From Mustelus asterias (taxonomy: Eukaryota), in contig NC_135830.1 of assembly GCF_964213995.1 (NCBI RefSeq), forward strand, positions 12,276,001-12,340,000: a DNA stretch of 64,000 nt, read 5' to 3'. Within the stretch, counting starts at the first letter, position 1; each line of letters starts with the position of its first letter. This document shows, one piece after another, positions 27,043 through 39,000 of this stretch. The translations under genes and the position numbers were made by a program. Below the pieces are notes generated by a model. That model had not been told where the DNA came from. It worked only from the letters and a program-made list of their open reading frames with translations, and searched no databases.

Positions 27043-28415
27043 ATGAGGCTCTTTTTTTGTCATCTGGTTATATTGTGGCTGGTGTTCGGTATGGAAAACG
27101 ATAACTTTCTTTTTGCTGGCAGTATTGTGATGTTAATGGACTCTCCACTCAGTGTTGATTAAACCTTTCCATATATTTTATTCCAGGGCTGATTCAAGCA
27201 GATTCTGTGTCGCAACCCCAGATTGAACTGTATATTAATGAAGGCGATAGAGTGAAAATGGACTGCAGCTACAGGACAACTTACAGCGATCCTGGTCTTT
27301 ACTGGTATGGACAGCATACGGGCCAAGCTCCGCATTTTATTTTATTTTTTTCGGCCCAACTTGTCCACGTCGCCCTTTTTTGAAACCCCGAAGCTCATGC
27401 CAATTGCCCGTATTTGGCCCATATCCCTCAATACCCATTTTACTCATGTAAGTGTCTAAATGCTTTTTAAAAGACCAAATTATACCCACTCCACCACTAT
27501 CTCTGGCAGCTTGTTCCAGACACTCATCACCCTCTGTGTGAAACAATTGCCCCGCTGAACACTTTTGTATCTCTCCCCTCTCACCTTAGAACTCTGCCCT
27601 CTAGGTCTCGACTCACTTATCTTTGGGAAAATATATTGAATATATTGCTGATCTGTGCCGCTCATTATTTTATAGACCTCTGTAAGATCATCCCTCAGCC
27701 TTCTACGCTCCAGAGAAAAAAGTCCCAGTCTATCCAGCCTCTCCTTATAACTCAAACGATCAAATCCCGGTAGCATCCTAGTAAATCTTTTCTGCACTCT
27801 TTCTAGTTTAATAATATCCTTTCTATAATAGGGTGACCAGAACTGTACACAGTATTCCAAGGGTGGCCTTACCAATGTCTTGTACAACTTCAAGAAGACA
27901 TCCCAACTGCTGTATTAAATGTTCTGACCAATCAAACCAAGCATGCTGAATGTCATCTTCACCACTCTGCCCGCCTGTGACTCCACTTTCAAGGAACAAT
28001 GAACTTGCACCCCTAGATCTCTTTGGTCTGTAACTCTCCCCAACGCCCGACCATTAACTGATTAAGTCCTGCACTGGTTCAATCTATCAAAATGCATCAC
28101 CTCGCATTTACCTAAATTAAACTCCATCTGCCATTCGTCAGCTCACTGGCCCAATTGCTCAAGTTCCCTTTGCAATCGGAGGTAACTTTCTTTACTTTCC
28201 ACTGTGCCACCAATCGTGTTGTCATCTGCAAACTTACTAACCATGCCTCCTATATTCTCATCCATTTTGTATCAAGATAGAAGCAACAGAAGAGACGCAG
28301 CTTTTGCAAAGGGAAAATTGGAGGCCGGCCAGAGGAATGCAGAAAATAACTTTCCTTTAACGATTACTCGAGCAGAAATCCAAGACACCGCTGTCTATTT
28401 CTGCGTGTTGGGAGA
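27043..28415 (+). pseudogene. TCR V-alpha/delta gene disrupted by a CR1 insertion in FR2/CDR2
   Basis: Leader 27043-27088 MRLFFCHLVILWLVF-G|GT. V exon from 27187 reads GLIQADSVSQPQIELYINEGDRVKMDCSYRTTYSDPGLYWYGQHTGQAPHFI, then the LINE, then from 28264 ILYQDRSNRRDAAFAKGKLEAGQRNAENNFPLTITRAEIQDTAVYFCVLG. Confidence 0.93.
27344..28263 (-). mobile_element. 5'-truncated CR1 LINE inside a V exon
   Basis: RT C-terminal ORF 27480-27893, flanked by ATTTT (27339-43 and 28264-68) as a probable TSD. Confidence 0.9.
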
Positions 28416-28454
28416 CACAGAGGTTTAAAACTCATCTGTCGCTGGACAAAAACC
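28416..28454 (+). promoter_or_regulatory. 23-RSS
   Basis: CACAGAG + 23 nt + ACAAAAACC. Confidence 0.9.
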
Positions 28455-29101
28455 TCACCAAACAGAATTGGCACAGGCGATGTCTCTAGTTCAGTCTCTA
28501 TCCACGACTCCGTGTTCACTGTTACTTTTCTCAATTCTATCGCCTGTACTTCAGAAAGCTGTGGTTCAAGTCTCCCTCCGAAGACCTGAGCGCACATTTC
28601 AGCTGCCACTTACACTGCCAGTGCTAATGGAGACCTAGTGTCTCCGCAGTGAATTGCTCAGATAAACTACGAAATAAAGGCTCCGACTGGCCTTTCTGGA
28701 GGATCTTAAACACTTCACCGCACTATCCTCTAAAGCAGGGCAATTCTCCAAGACATTTAAATCTCAGTCGACATCACTGCAACAGACGATCACGTTACGT
28801 GTGATCTTGCTCTGTTCATAGTGAGGTTTCCTACATTACAATAGTGACTTCACTACAGATTTGTCTCATTTTTATTGGGGGCAGGCTGGATGGGCTCGGC
28901 CGTCCTTCTCTGCCTGTCATTGTTGGCAGCAATAGTAAATATTACAACTCGTAGGCCTGTGCACATCTTTTTTCAGTTTCCCACTCAACACTCGCCCAAA
29001 CAATGCCAATTGCCTGACTTTGTCTTAGGTCCGGCCCTGGAGTGCGGAGTTATCAAATAACCTAACTGGGGTTTCTGTATCAATCCAAGGACAGCACCTG
29101 A

Positions 29102-32100
29102 ACAAAGAACAAAGAACAATACAGCACAGGAACAGGCTCTTCGGCCTTCCAAGCTTGGCCACTCATGTGCCCACTGGACCATTCGTTTGTATCCCTCTAT
29201 TCCCAGTCTGTTCATGTGGCTAGCTAGATAAGTCTTAAACGATCCCAGCGTGTCCACCTCAATCATCTTGCTTGGCAGTGCATTCCAGGTCCCCACCAAC
29301 CTCTGTGTAAAATACGTACCCCTGACATCTGTGTTGAACCTTGCCTACATCACCTTGAACCCGTGACCCCTTGCGTTCGTCACCTCCGACCTGGGAAAAT
29401 GCTTCCCACTGTTCACCCTATCTATGCCCTTCATAATTTTATACACCTCTATTAGGTCGTCCCTCATCCTCCGTCTTTCCAGGGAGAACAACCCCAGTTT
29501 ACCCAATCTCTCCTCATAGCTAAGACCCTCCATAACATAGAAACATAGAAACCCTACAGTGCAGAAAGAGGCCATTCGGCCCATCGAGTCTGCACCAACC
29601 ACAATCCCACCCAGGCCCTACCTATTTACCCACTAATCCCTCTAACCTACGCATCCCACGACACTAAGGGGCAATTTTAGCATGGCCAATCAACCTAACT
29701 TGCACATCTTTGGACTGTGGGAGGAAACCGGAGCACCCGGAGAAAACCCACGCAGACACGAGGAGAATGTGCAAACTCCACACAGACAGTGACCCGAGCC
29801 GGGAATCGAACCCGGGACCCTGGAGCTGTGAAGCAGCAGTGCTAACCACTGTGCTACCGTGCCGTCCATACTAGGCAACATCCTGGTAAACCTTCTCTGT
29901 ACTCTCTCCAAAGCCTCCACGTCCTTCTGGTAGTGCGGCGACCAGAACTGGATGCAGTATTCCAAATGTGGCCTAACCATCGTTCTATACAGCTGCAATA
30001 TCATATGCCAACTTTTATATTCTATGCCCCGTCCAATAAAGGCAAACATGCTATATGCCTTCTTCCCCACCCTCTCCACCTGTGCTGCCACCTTTAAGGA
30101 TCTGTGGACTTGTACACCCAGTGTGTCTGTGTCTGTGTGTCTGTACTCCTGATGGTTCTGCCATTTATTGTATCGCCCTCCCTTACATTAGATCTACCGA
30201 AATGCATCACCTCGCATTTATCTGGATTAAATTCCATCTGCCATTCCTCTGCCCAATGTTCCAGCCTATCTATATCCTGCTGTATTCTCTGACAATGTTC
30301 ATCACTATCCCCAACTCCAGCAATCTTCATGTCATCCGCAAACCTCCTGATCACACCAGCTACATCTTCCTCCAAATCATTTATATATATTACAAACAGC
30401 AGAGGTCCCAGTACAGAGCCCTGCGGAACACCACTAGTCACAGCCCTCCAACCGGAAAAAGACCCCTGCACTGCTACCCTCTGTCTTCTATGGCTAAGCC
30501 AGTTCCCCACCCATCTCGCTAGCTCACCTTTTATTCCGTGAGATTTAACCTTTTGCACCAGCCTGCCATGAGAGACCTTGTCAAACGCTTAACAAAAATC
30601 CATATAGACGAGACCCACGGCACTTCCCTCGTCAATCATTTTTGTCACCTCCTCAAAAAACTCAACCAAATTTGTGAGGCATCACCTCCCTCGTACAAAA
30701 CCATGCTGTCTATCGCTAATGAGATTATTCAGTGCTAAATGCGCTTATGTCCTATCTCTAAGAATCAGTTCTAACAACTTCCCTACCACGGACGTCAAGC
30801 TCACCGACCTATAATTACCCGGGTTATCCTTGCTACCATTCTTAAATAACGGGACCACATTTGCTATCCTCCAATCCTCTGGGACCTTACCTGTGTCCAG
30901 CGAAGAGACAAAGATTTCTGTTGGAGGCCCAGAAATTGCATCTCTCGCCTCCCTGAGGAGTCTAGGATAGATGCCATCCGGCCCTGGGGATTTGTCTGTC
31001 TTAATGTTTCCTAAAAAACCTAACACTTCCTCCCTTGTAATTGAGATTTCTTCTAACGGGGCAACACATCTCTCTGAGACAATACCAGTCAACATGTCCC
31101 TCTCCTTTGTGAATACTGATGCAAAGTATTTGTTTAGGATCTCACCTCCTTCCTTTGGTTCTAAGCATAATTCCCCTCCTTTGTCTCTGAGAGGTCCGAT
31201 TCTTTCCCTAACAACCCTCTTGTTCTTAACATATGTATAAAATGCCTTAGGATTCTCCTTAATCCTGTCGGCCAAGGACATTTCGTGACCCCTCTTTGCC
31301 CTTCTAAGTCCCTGTTTGAGTTATTTTCTACTTTCTCTGTTTTCCTCCAGTGCTCCATCTGTTTTTAGCTCCCTGGACCTTATGTATGCCTCTTTTTTCT
31401 TTTTGATTAGACCCATAATTTCACTGGTTATCCACGGCTCTCGAATCCTACCTTTCCTAGCCTTCCTCTTTCCAGGCACATGCCTGTCCTGCAGTCCTAT
31501 CAACTGCTCCTTAAAATACTCCCACATGCCAGATGTGGATTTACCCTCGAACAGCCTCTCCCAATCAACAGCCACCAAATCCTGCCTAATTCGGCTGTAG
31601 TTTGCCTTTCCCCAATTCAGTACCTTACCCATAGGACAACACTCATCTCTTTCCATTACTATCCTAAAGTTTACAGAATTGTGGTCACTATTTGCCACAT
31701 GTTCCCCTACTGCAACTTTGATGACCTGACCGGGCTCATTCCCCAGTACTAGGTCCAGTATAGCCCCCTCTCTAGTTGGACTGTCAACATATTGTTCCAA
31801 AGAACCTTCCTGTACGCATTTTATAAATTCTTCCCCGTCCAGGCCCCCAGCCCAAAGCGATTTCCAGTCTATGCGAGGGAAATTAAAATCTCCCACTGCA
31901 ACAACCCTATTTTTTCTGCACCTGTCCAGAATCTCCTTACATATCCGTTCCTCAACTTCCCGTGGGTTGTAGTATACCCCCAGCATGTGGCCTGTAGTAT
32001 ACCCCCAGCATAGTGACTGCGCCCTTCCTGTTCCTGAGCTCCACCCACAGTGACTCGTTACCTGACCCTTCCATATTGTCCACCCTCTGTACCGCTGTAA

Positions 32101-32830
32101 TATGCTCCCTAACCAGCATTGCTACTCCCCCACCTCTCCTCGCCCCTCCTCTGTCTCGCCTAAAACACTTATACCCCGGAATATTCAGCTGCCAGTCCTG
32201 TCCTTCTTTTAACCAAGTCTCCGTTACTGCAACCACATCCAAGTTCCGGCAAGCATTAAGGCTCTAAGCTCGTCTGTCTTGGCCGTGACGCTCCGTGCAT
32301 TGAAGCAGATGCACTCCAGACCTCCAGGCCCACTGAGGTCATCCTCCCCCAGAATGCCCTTCCTCTTAGATAGCCTTGTCTTGGCCCCAAACTCGTCCCA
32401 AGCCTCTATGCTTATTGACCTATTGTTCTGATCCCCACCCCCCTGCCACATTAGTTTAAACCCACCCGAACCGCACTCGCAAAACTTCCAGCTAGGATAT
32501 TCGTACCCCTCCAGTTTAGGTGCAACCCGTCCTTCTTGTACAGGTGCCACCCTCTCTTGAAGACTTCCCAGTGATCCACGAATTCGAAACCCTCCCTCCT
32601 GCAACAGTCCTTTATCCACGCGTTCAGCTGTGCAGTCTCTGTTCTTAGCCTCACTAGCTTGTGACATTGGGAGTAGTCCAGAGATCGCTACCCTAGAAGC
32701 CTTGCTTTTTAGCCTACCACACAACTCCCTGAATTGCTCTCGCAGGATCCCCCTGCTCTTTCTGCTGACGTCATTTGCACCAATGTGGACAATGACGTCT
32801 GTCTGGTTACCCGCCTTTTTTAGGATGCTT
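29102..32830 (-). mobile_element. CR1 LINE (ORF1 3' part + frameshifted ORF2) with a nested SINE
   Basis: EN/RT fragments in the ORF track; TSD CCTGA (29097-29101 and 32831-32835); the empty site is seen in the paralog near 53700. Confidence 0.93.
29535..29864 (-). mobile_element. HE1-like V-SINE nested in CR1
   Basis: Complete SINE with TSD TCCATA (29529-34 and 29865-70). Confidence 0.9.
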
Positions 32831-33977
32831 CCTGAGCTTAGTCCTATAAGAGGCTCGCCAAATCCTAGCGTGCAATATTTGACTGGACTCCAAACCACTT
32901 TCCCTCACTTTTAAGGTCATGTCTCATTAATCGGCTCAAGCTCTCTCCTCCATCTTCTACTGATCCACATTCGACACAAAAGGGTTTTTAATAACCTCGT
33001 TTCTATTCTTTGAGCGAAGGAAAGTGAAATCCACAGTTATAGCAACCAGACAAAAAAAGCCTGATGAAATATATGCGTTCAGCTAAATTTTATCTGGCGG
33101 TTTAAAAAACATGAGCAATTGTTGCTGACAAATTGTCATTAAGAAAGGGGGAACGTGGCAGCATGAACCGCGAGATTTCCAGCTGTTATGGCTTACCACA
33201 AACAATTTTGTGCTGGTGTTTGGAGTTGAGGAGCAATTGTTGTAAAGCGGCGAGAACAGAGTATAAGATGGAGATCAACAATCATGGAGCTGTTGCAGTA
33301 CATCATAACGCAATGAAATGCAATGCAAAAAGGTTAAGCTCTGAAAGTGACCGGCACAGACAGGTCATAGCGTTCCTAAATGATTTAAACGACAAGAGTC
33401 CTTGGGATTCCATAGCTGATCTGCTCTTTTACTAAAGAGTATTCAGGTTTTTTTTTTCTACCAGTGTTAGTCTCTGAATACTGCTGTCAGGTTTCAGGGA
33501 ATGCAAGTCAACAATTTGCATTTTGATGTAGCAGTTATGCAACATGGTAATGTTTACGTAAAGGCGCCAGTCCAGGAATTCAAATATCCGTGCTGATGAT
33601 GTCAGCACATAGGTTGAATTCTCACCATGGCAGCGGGTGGAATTTAATCACTTCAACGAATTAATAGAAACAATATGGAATTGACAGTAGGATAGTCGCA
33701 GTAATGGTGATAATTGGTTGTCACAAAAGGATCTGCTGCACCAAAATTTTTTGGGAAGGAAATATTGACCTAGTCTGGCCATTATGTGACTGCAGACACA
33801 GAAATGTGATTGCCCCTGAAATGGCCGAGCAAGGTAACTAGCAGGCACACCGGAATCACATGAAACAATTTTATTTTAAAAACTGTGTATTGAACGCATT
33901 AAATTCTCTTCAATATGAATGATCTTTTACTTGAAAGTAGGACTGATCTTTTCATGTTCTAATACATTCTTTATATC

Positions 33978-34157
33978 TGTGTTTTGGAGATCCAGCCACT
34001 GCCCTCTGGAGTGAAATTAAAAACAGGAATGGTAACTTCACAACGTATCTAAGAGAGTGCATGTGGTATCCATCATTTATACTGGTACAAGCAACAACTA
34101 GACACACAGCCCGAATTTACTCTGATGAAATGCACGAGCGAGTATTTAGATAAAGCC
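33978..34157 (+). pseudogene. TCR V pseudogene fragment (FR1 to CDR2)
   Basis: One frame reads CVLEIQPLPSGVKLKTGMVTSQRI*ESACGIHHLYWYKQQLDTQPEFTLMK, with Cys>Arg (CGT) and Tyr>stop. A retroelement tail follows it. Confidence 0.6.
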
Positions 34158-34622
34158 TCAATCAAAGAAACAAAGATACATAGAAACAAGTCGGCCATTC
34201 GGCCCTCGGAACCCGATCCGAAATTCATTGTTATCAAGACTGATCACCAAATTCAATTTTCTGATTCCGCTTCCGCCCCCCCCCCCCCCCCCGCCCATAT
34301 CCCTTGATCCCTTTCGCCCCAATAATTATACCTAATTTCTTCTTGAAATCACACAACATTTGCGTCCAGAGCCCTGACTTTCTCACGGCCTTTCGCTTAT
34401 TTTTATTTCTGTCGCTCTCTATCCTTTTATTTACGTTTCCATGACTTTCTTCCTCCCTATTTTGTTCAATAACTCAGTCATGAAATATCGCTCTTTTACA
34501 TCGATAAACGCTTTATTTCTGATTAAAATCGCACAGCTGTGAACAGTCGGTGGCGTTGTCTACTGTCGCCAGAGGTGAAGATTTAGAATTCAGACACACA
34601 AGTGATGTGAAATTCCAGTGAT

Positions 34623-34661
34623 AGTTTCTGTACGGGGCCTGTATCAGTTTGTATCACGGTG
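34623..34661 (-). promoter_or_regulatory. 23-RSS
   Basis: Minus strand CACCGTG + 23 nt + ACAGAAACT. Confidence 0.9.
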
Positions 34662-36264
34662 AATGTTCAGCGCACAATAATACATGCCACTGTCACTCAG
34701 CTGTGCATCTGTCAGAGTTAAACTGTAGAAACGATTCGATGCTTGTAGTGTTGAAGATAATCGGCCTCCCACACGCCCAGCTTTCTCTGTTTCTCCTTCC
34801 GAATTCCTTCTGGTTAAAAAAAACAGCTCCTCCCCCGGTTTTTGTCGGTACCAGAGCAGGTCATAGCGGCGGCTGTCTGTGGAAAACGAACAGGGCAACA
34901 CCATGCGTTCTTCCTCCAAACATGATACCGATGATGCAAGCTGTTTAACAGCATCAGAATAACACAGTCCTTCAAATACACAATCAACAAAAAATAAATA
35001 GGTGTTTTGATATGGGGCACCATTAAAAAATCTTTCATCTCCTCATCATAATAGGCGGTGGCCCTTTGCTATTATCGCGAGACAATTAATGGAGAAATTC
35101 AGCCAGGAATCCCACCGCGGCAGGATTTGAATACAGTAAAAAAAATCTGGAATTAACAATCTACAATTAAACTATTGTCGATTGTCATATGAACCCATCT
35201 GGTTCACAAATGTTCTTTAGGGAAGGATATCTGCCGTTCTGAAATGGTCTGGCCTATATGTGACTCCAGACAATTGTGGTTGTCTCCCTGCTGCCCTCGG
35301 GCAACGAAGGATGAGCAGGAAGTGCTGGCCAGCCAGCGACGCCCAGTCGCTTCAGGAAAAGAATAAGAATGGAAGCCACGAATGAATGAAAGAAATGAGT
35401 GATTCAGCAAACACATATATCACGTATTGACAGATGACAGATTTATCATTTCCCCCAACCGCTACTCTTTCTGCATAACCTGGAAAATATTTTCCTTCAA
35501 ATATTCATCCTGTTTCCTCTAAGCAGTTACCATGAAATCTGCTTGGACCAACATTTCAAGAAGAAAATTCTTCCTTTGATTGATTTTCCCATTATCTTCA
35601 AACAACCTTCCCTGGTTACCCAGCTTTCTGTCTCTTGAAACAATTTACTCTGTCAAACAGTTCAGGAATATCAACATCGCTTTCAGGTCTCCTGTTACCT
35701 GCCTGTGTTCTGAGAAAGGGGTTCCCGTTACCCAGTGTGCCCTGAAACCTAAGGGCCCTGAACACAGAGACCGTTCCAATAAATTTCCCCCTTACCCTGC
35801 CCAAGACATTGCCGCCGTTCATTAGATTTGATTCCCATAACCGAACACAATACATTAAAAAAGGCCTGAGTATGGATACAGAAATATTTGACTTAATATC
35901 ACTTTACATGTACACTATTCCTATTAATAGAGGTAAGAGTTGGAAATGTTTCCACAAACTTTCAAATTTGCTCTGACGCTTTCATAGCTTTGAATATATA
36001 CAATCCAATGTTTCGCTCTCTTCTCTGCCCCCTTTCAGCTACAACAAACTATTGTAAATCGGAATAATCAAAGTGAATGTTCAAGAAAAAACATACATCC
36101 GTCCATCCTCTGTTATTCCCTTAATCGCCCCCAGCCTCACGTCTTTTTCTACATCCAACCATCCCTCGATATTATTTTTGCAAACCTGCGTTCCAATGCT
36201 AGTTAAATGACTCACCGAGCTTCAGGAAAAGAATAAGAATGGAAGCCGTGAAATCCTGTGACAT
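34662..36264 (-). CDS. Intact TCR V-alpha/delta gene segment (leader 36216-36264, V exon 34662-34969)
   Basis: Leader MSQDFTASILILFLKL-G|GTGAGT. Acceptor TTGAAG, then GLCYSDAVKQLASSVSCLEEERMVLPCSFSTDSRRYDLLWYRQKPGEELFFLTRRNSEGETEKAGRVGGRLSSTLQASNRFYSLTLTDAQLSDSGMYYCALNI. Cys-Trp-Cys are present and the RSS follows. Confidence 0.9.
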
Positions 36265-36579
36265 TTTTCTTTCTCAGAGTTGTATTCCCATGGGGTTTTA
36301 AAGTTTCCAAAAGGCGAGCTGGAATCGAACAGTTGGCAACGCACGAAAGATTCCTCTGTATGTCTGTGCAGTGTTTGTCTGTATGCTTCTATCAGCCACT
36401 ATTTGTGTCTCGTTAATAAGGAGTGCAGACGGATTCAAACAGGAAGTTAATAGACTTGAATGATCCGCGAGTGAAGCTGCCCTTACAATATGATAATGGA
36501 GGTGGTTCTAAAGTTGTACATTGAGACTCTAACTTCGAGGTTGACCTGCCCATGACAAAGTTTGATTGGTACCTATTGC

Positions 36580-36768
36580 CCTCTTTTTAGGTAAAACCAA
36601 ATAAACAAACTCAAATTAAATCAGGACAAAGTAAAAGGGGCAGCTCCCCAAAAAGGAGGGGGAACAGCCCGAACAGAAATCAAAGTACAAAGGAAACTTA
36701 AAAGCATCAAATTAAAATGTGATTATTAGGGTCAATAATGCACCCCAACCCCTGCGGTGCCCAGCGGG
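36580..36768 (-). mobile_element. Tx1-like LINE extreme 3' end with 16-bp TSD
   Basis: TSD GATTGGTACCTATTGC (36564-79 and 36769-84). The minus strand encodes RWAPQGLGCIIDPNNHILI*, then a 3'UTR with an A-rich end. Confidence 0.65.
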
Positions 36769-36914
36769 GATTGGTACCTATTGCACAAACATGCACTCGT
36801 TCCACCACCGATCGACAGTCGCAGCAGTGTGTACAATGTACAAGATGCACTGCAGGAATTCACCAAGGCACCTTAGCAGCAGCTTCCAAACCCAGCACTG
36901 CTATATTCTAGAAG

Positions 36915-37112
36915 ATGGGGAGATGCCGGCGTTGGACTGGGGTAAACACAGTAAGAGTTTTAATAACACCAGGTTAAAGTCCAACAGGTTTATTTGTTAG
37001 GAAATGCCATTAGCTTTCAGAGCGCTGACGAAGGAGCAGCGCTCCGAAAGCTAATGGCATTTGCCACCAAATAAACCTGTTGGACTTTAACCTGGTGTTG
37101 TTAAAACTCTTA
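36915..37112. mobile_element. Penelope-like inverted pseudo-LTR fragment with a minimal hammerhead-like core
   Basis: Inverted arms of about 78 bp around CTGACGAAGGAGCAGCGCTCCGAAA; TSD CTATATTCTAGAAG (36901-14 and 37113-26). Confidence 0.65.
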
Positions 37113-37263
37113 CTATATTCTAGAAGGACAAGGAGAGTAGGCGTATGGAAATTGCACCACAAATCATCCTGATTTAGAACTATATGGGGCGTTTCTGACA
37201 AAACATTGAATATATTCAAGAGGCGGCTGACTAAAGCACGTGGGGCGAATGGGATCAAATGTT

Positions 37264-38072
37264 AGAACATAGAACAGTACAGCACAGAACAGGCCCTTCG
37301 GCCCACGATGTTGTGCCGAGCTTTATCTGAAACCAAGATCAAGCTATCCCACTCCCTATCATCCTGGTGTGCTCCATGTGCCTATCCAATAACCGCTTAA
37401 ATGTTTCTAAAGTGTCTGACTCCACTATCACTGCAGGCAGTCCATTCCACACCCCAACCACTCTCTGCGTAAAGAACCTACCTCTGATATCCGTCCTGTA
37501 TCTCCCACCACGAACCCTATAGTTATGCCCCCTTGTAATAGCTCCATCCACCCGAGGAAATAGTCTTTGAACGTTCACTCTATCTATCCCCTTCATCATT
37601 TTATACACCTCTATTAAGTCTCCCCTCAGCCTCCTCCGCTCCAGAGAGAATAGCCCTAGCTCCCTCAACCTTTCCTCATATGACCTACCCTCCAAACCAG
37701 GCAGCATCCTGGTAAATCTCCTCTGCACTCCTTCCAGCGCTTCCACATCCTTCCTATAGTGAGGTGACCAGAACTGCACACAATATTCCAAATGTGGTCT
37801 CACCAAGGTCCTGTACAGTTGCAGCATAACCCCACGGCTCTTAAACTCCAACCCCCTGTTAATAAAAGCTAACACACTACAGGCCTTCTTCACAGCTCTA
37901 TCCACTTGAGTGGCAACCTTTAGAGATCTGTGGATATGGACCCCAAGATCTCTCTGTTCCTCCACAGTCTTCAGAACCCTACCTTTGACCCTGTAATCCA
38001 CATTTAAATTAGTCCTACCAAAATGAATCACCTCACATTTATCAGGGTTAAACTCCATTTGCCATTTTTCAG
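37264..38072 (-). mobile_element. 5'-truncated CR1 LINE (same subfamily as 21772-25960)
   Basis: ORF 37339-38058 is nearly identical to the C-terminus of ORF2 at 21852; TSD CAAATGTT (37256-63 and 38073-80). Confidence 0.93.
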
Positions 38073-38440
38073 CAAATGTTGTGGGGAAAAAAGCACGATT
38101 AGGCTGAGTGGATGATCAGCCATGACCGTAATGAATGGCAGAGCATGCTCGAAGAGCCAAGTGGTCTCCTCCTGCTCCTATCATCAATGCCTCTCTGATT
38201 CATAGCCGTGTCCCCAGATTGTTACTTGGATTACTAAACCTCTGGATTTCTAATCCAGTGATAATACCTTTATGCCGCCGTCTCCCCAACTACAGTGAAT
38301 AAATGTCGAACACCCTTCAATGAAACACTTACAGCAAAATGGCCAGCTATGGACGCGATTATGTTTCCCCGGGAAAACTAACATGCAAGGCAGGTAAAAG
38401 CATCACAGAAATATTTTGTATTATTTTATAGGTTCTGCAG

Positions 38441-38793
38441 AATCTGGTTTATCTGTGTCACAGAATCCATCTCTCCAAACCTCTACTGCTAAAGACACCA
38501 TTACTTTAAACTTTGAATATCCGGGATTTTGACAACACGCACTCCACTGGTACCGTCACTCCCCAAGACAGACCCCAAAATACCTGCTTAAGAGACACAC
38601 ATCAGGCGAGGCGAGCAAAGAAAACGCTACGGGGGGGGGGGGGGGGGAGAATTTCTGCTTCTGTCGATCCCCTTGAAAAAATCAGCCGGTTAACGATCTC
38701 CAAACTGCAACTGAGTGACTCCGCTGTGTATTACTGTGCACTGAGTGGGCGCACAGCAGTGATGCAGAACACGGTGAGAGCTGTACAGAAACC
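38441..38793 (+). pseudogene. NAR-TCR supporting V-delta pseudogene (inverted copy)
   Basis: Acceptor TTCTGCAG, then SGLSVSQNPSLQTSTAKDTITLNFEYPGF*QHALHWYRHSPRQTPKYLLKRHTSGE. FR1 Cys>Phe, CDR1 Cys>TGA (38530-32), a G17 run frameshift, then RISASVDPLEKISRLTISKLQLSDSAVYYCALS. RSS has a damaged heptamer AGCAGTG + 23 nt + ACAGAAACC. No leader found. Confidence 0.85.
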
Positions 38794-38839
38794 TGAACAT
38801 GGTGAGAAGTACAAGAATCTGTAACCCTAACCATGTTCA

Positions 38840-39000
38840 GGTTTTTGTACAGCTCTCTCCGTGTTCTGTATCACCGTGTCTGTAATTCTCACCATGTTCA
38901 GGTTTTTGAACAAATCTCTCCGTGTTCTGCATCACCGTGACTGTAATTCTCACCATGTTCAGGTTTTTGAACAAATCTCTCCGTGTTCTGTATCAGTGTG
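38840..39000 (-). repeat. Three tandem 61-bp units, each a complete 23-RSS
   Basis: Minus-strand heptamers CACACTG (38994-39000), CACGGTG (38933-39) and CACGGTG (38872-78), each with a 23-nt spacer and nonamers TCAAAAACC, TCAAAAACC and ACAAAAACC. Confidence 0.92.

Noticed and set aside
38821-39000. Regularly spaced repeats superficially like a CRISPR array
   Set aside because: Vertebrate DNA with no unique spacers; the units are RSS duplications.
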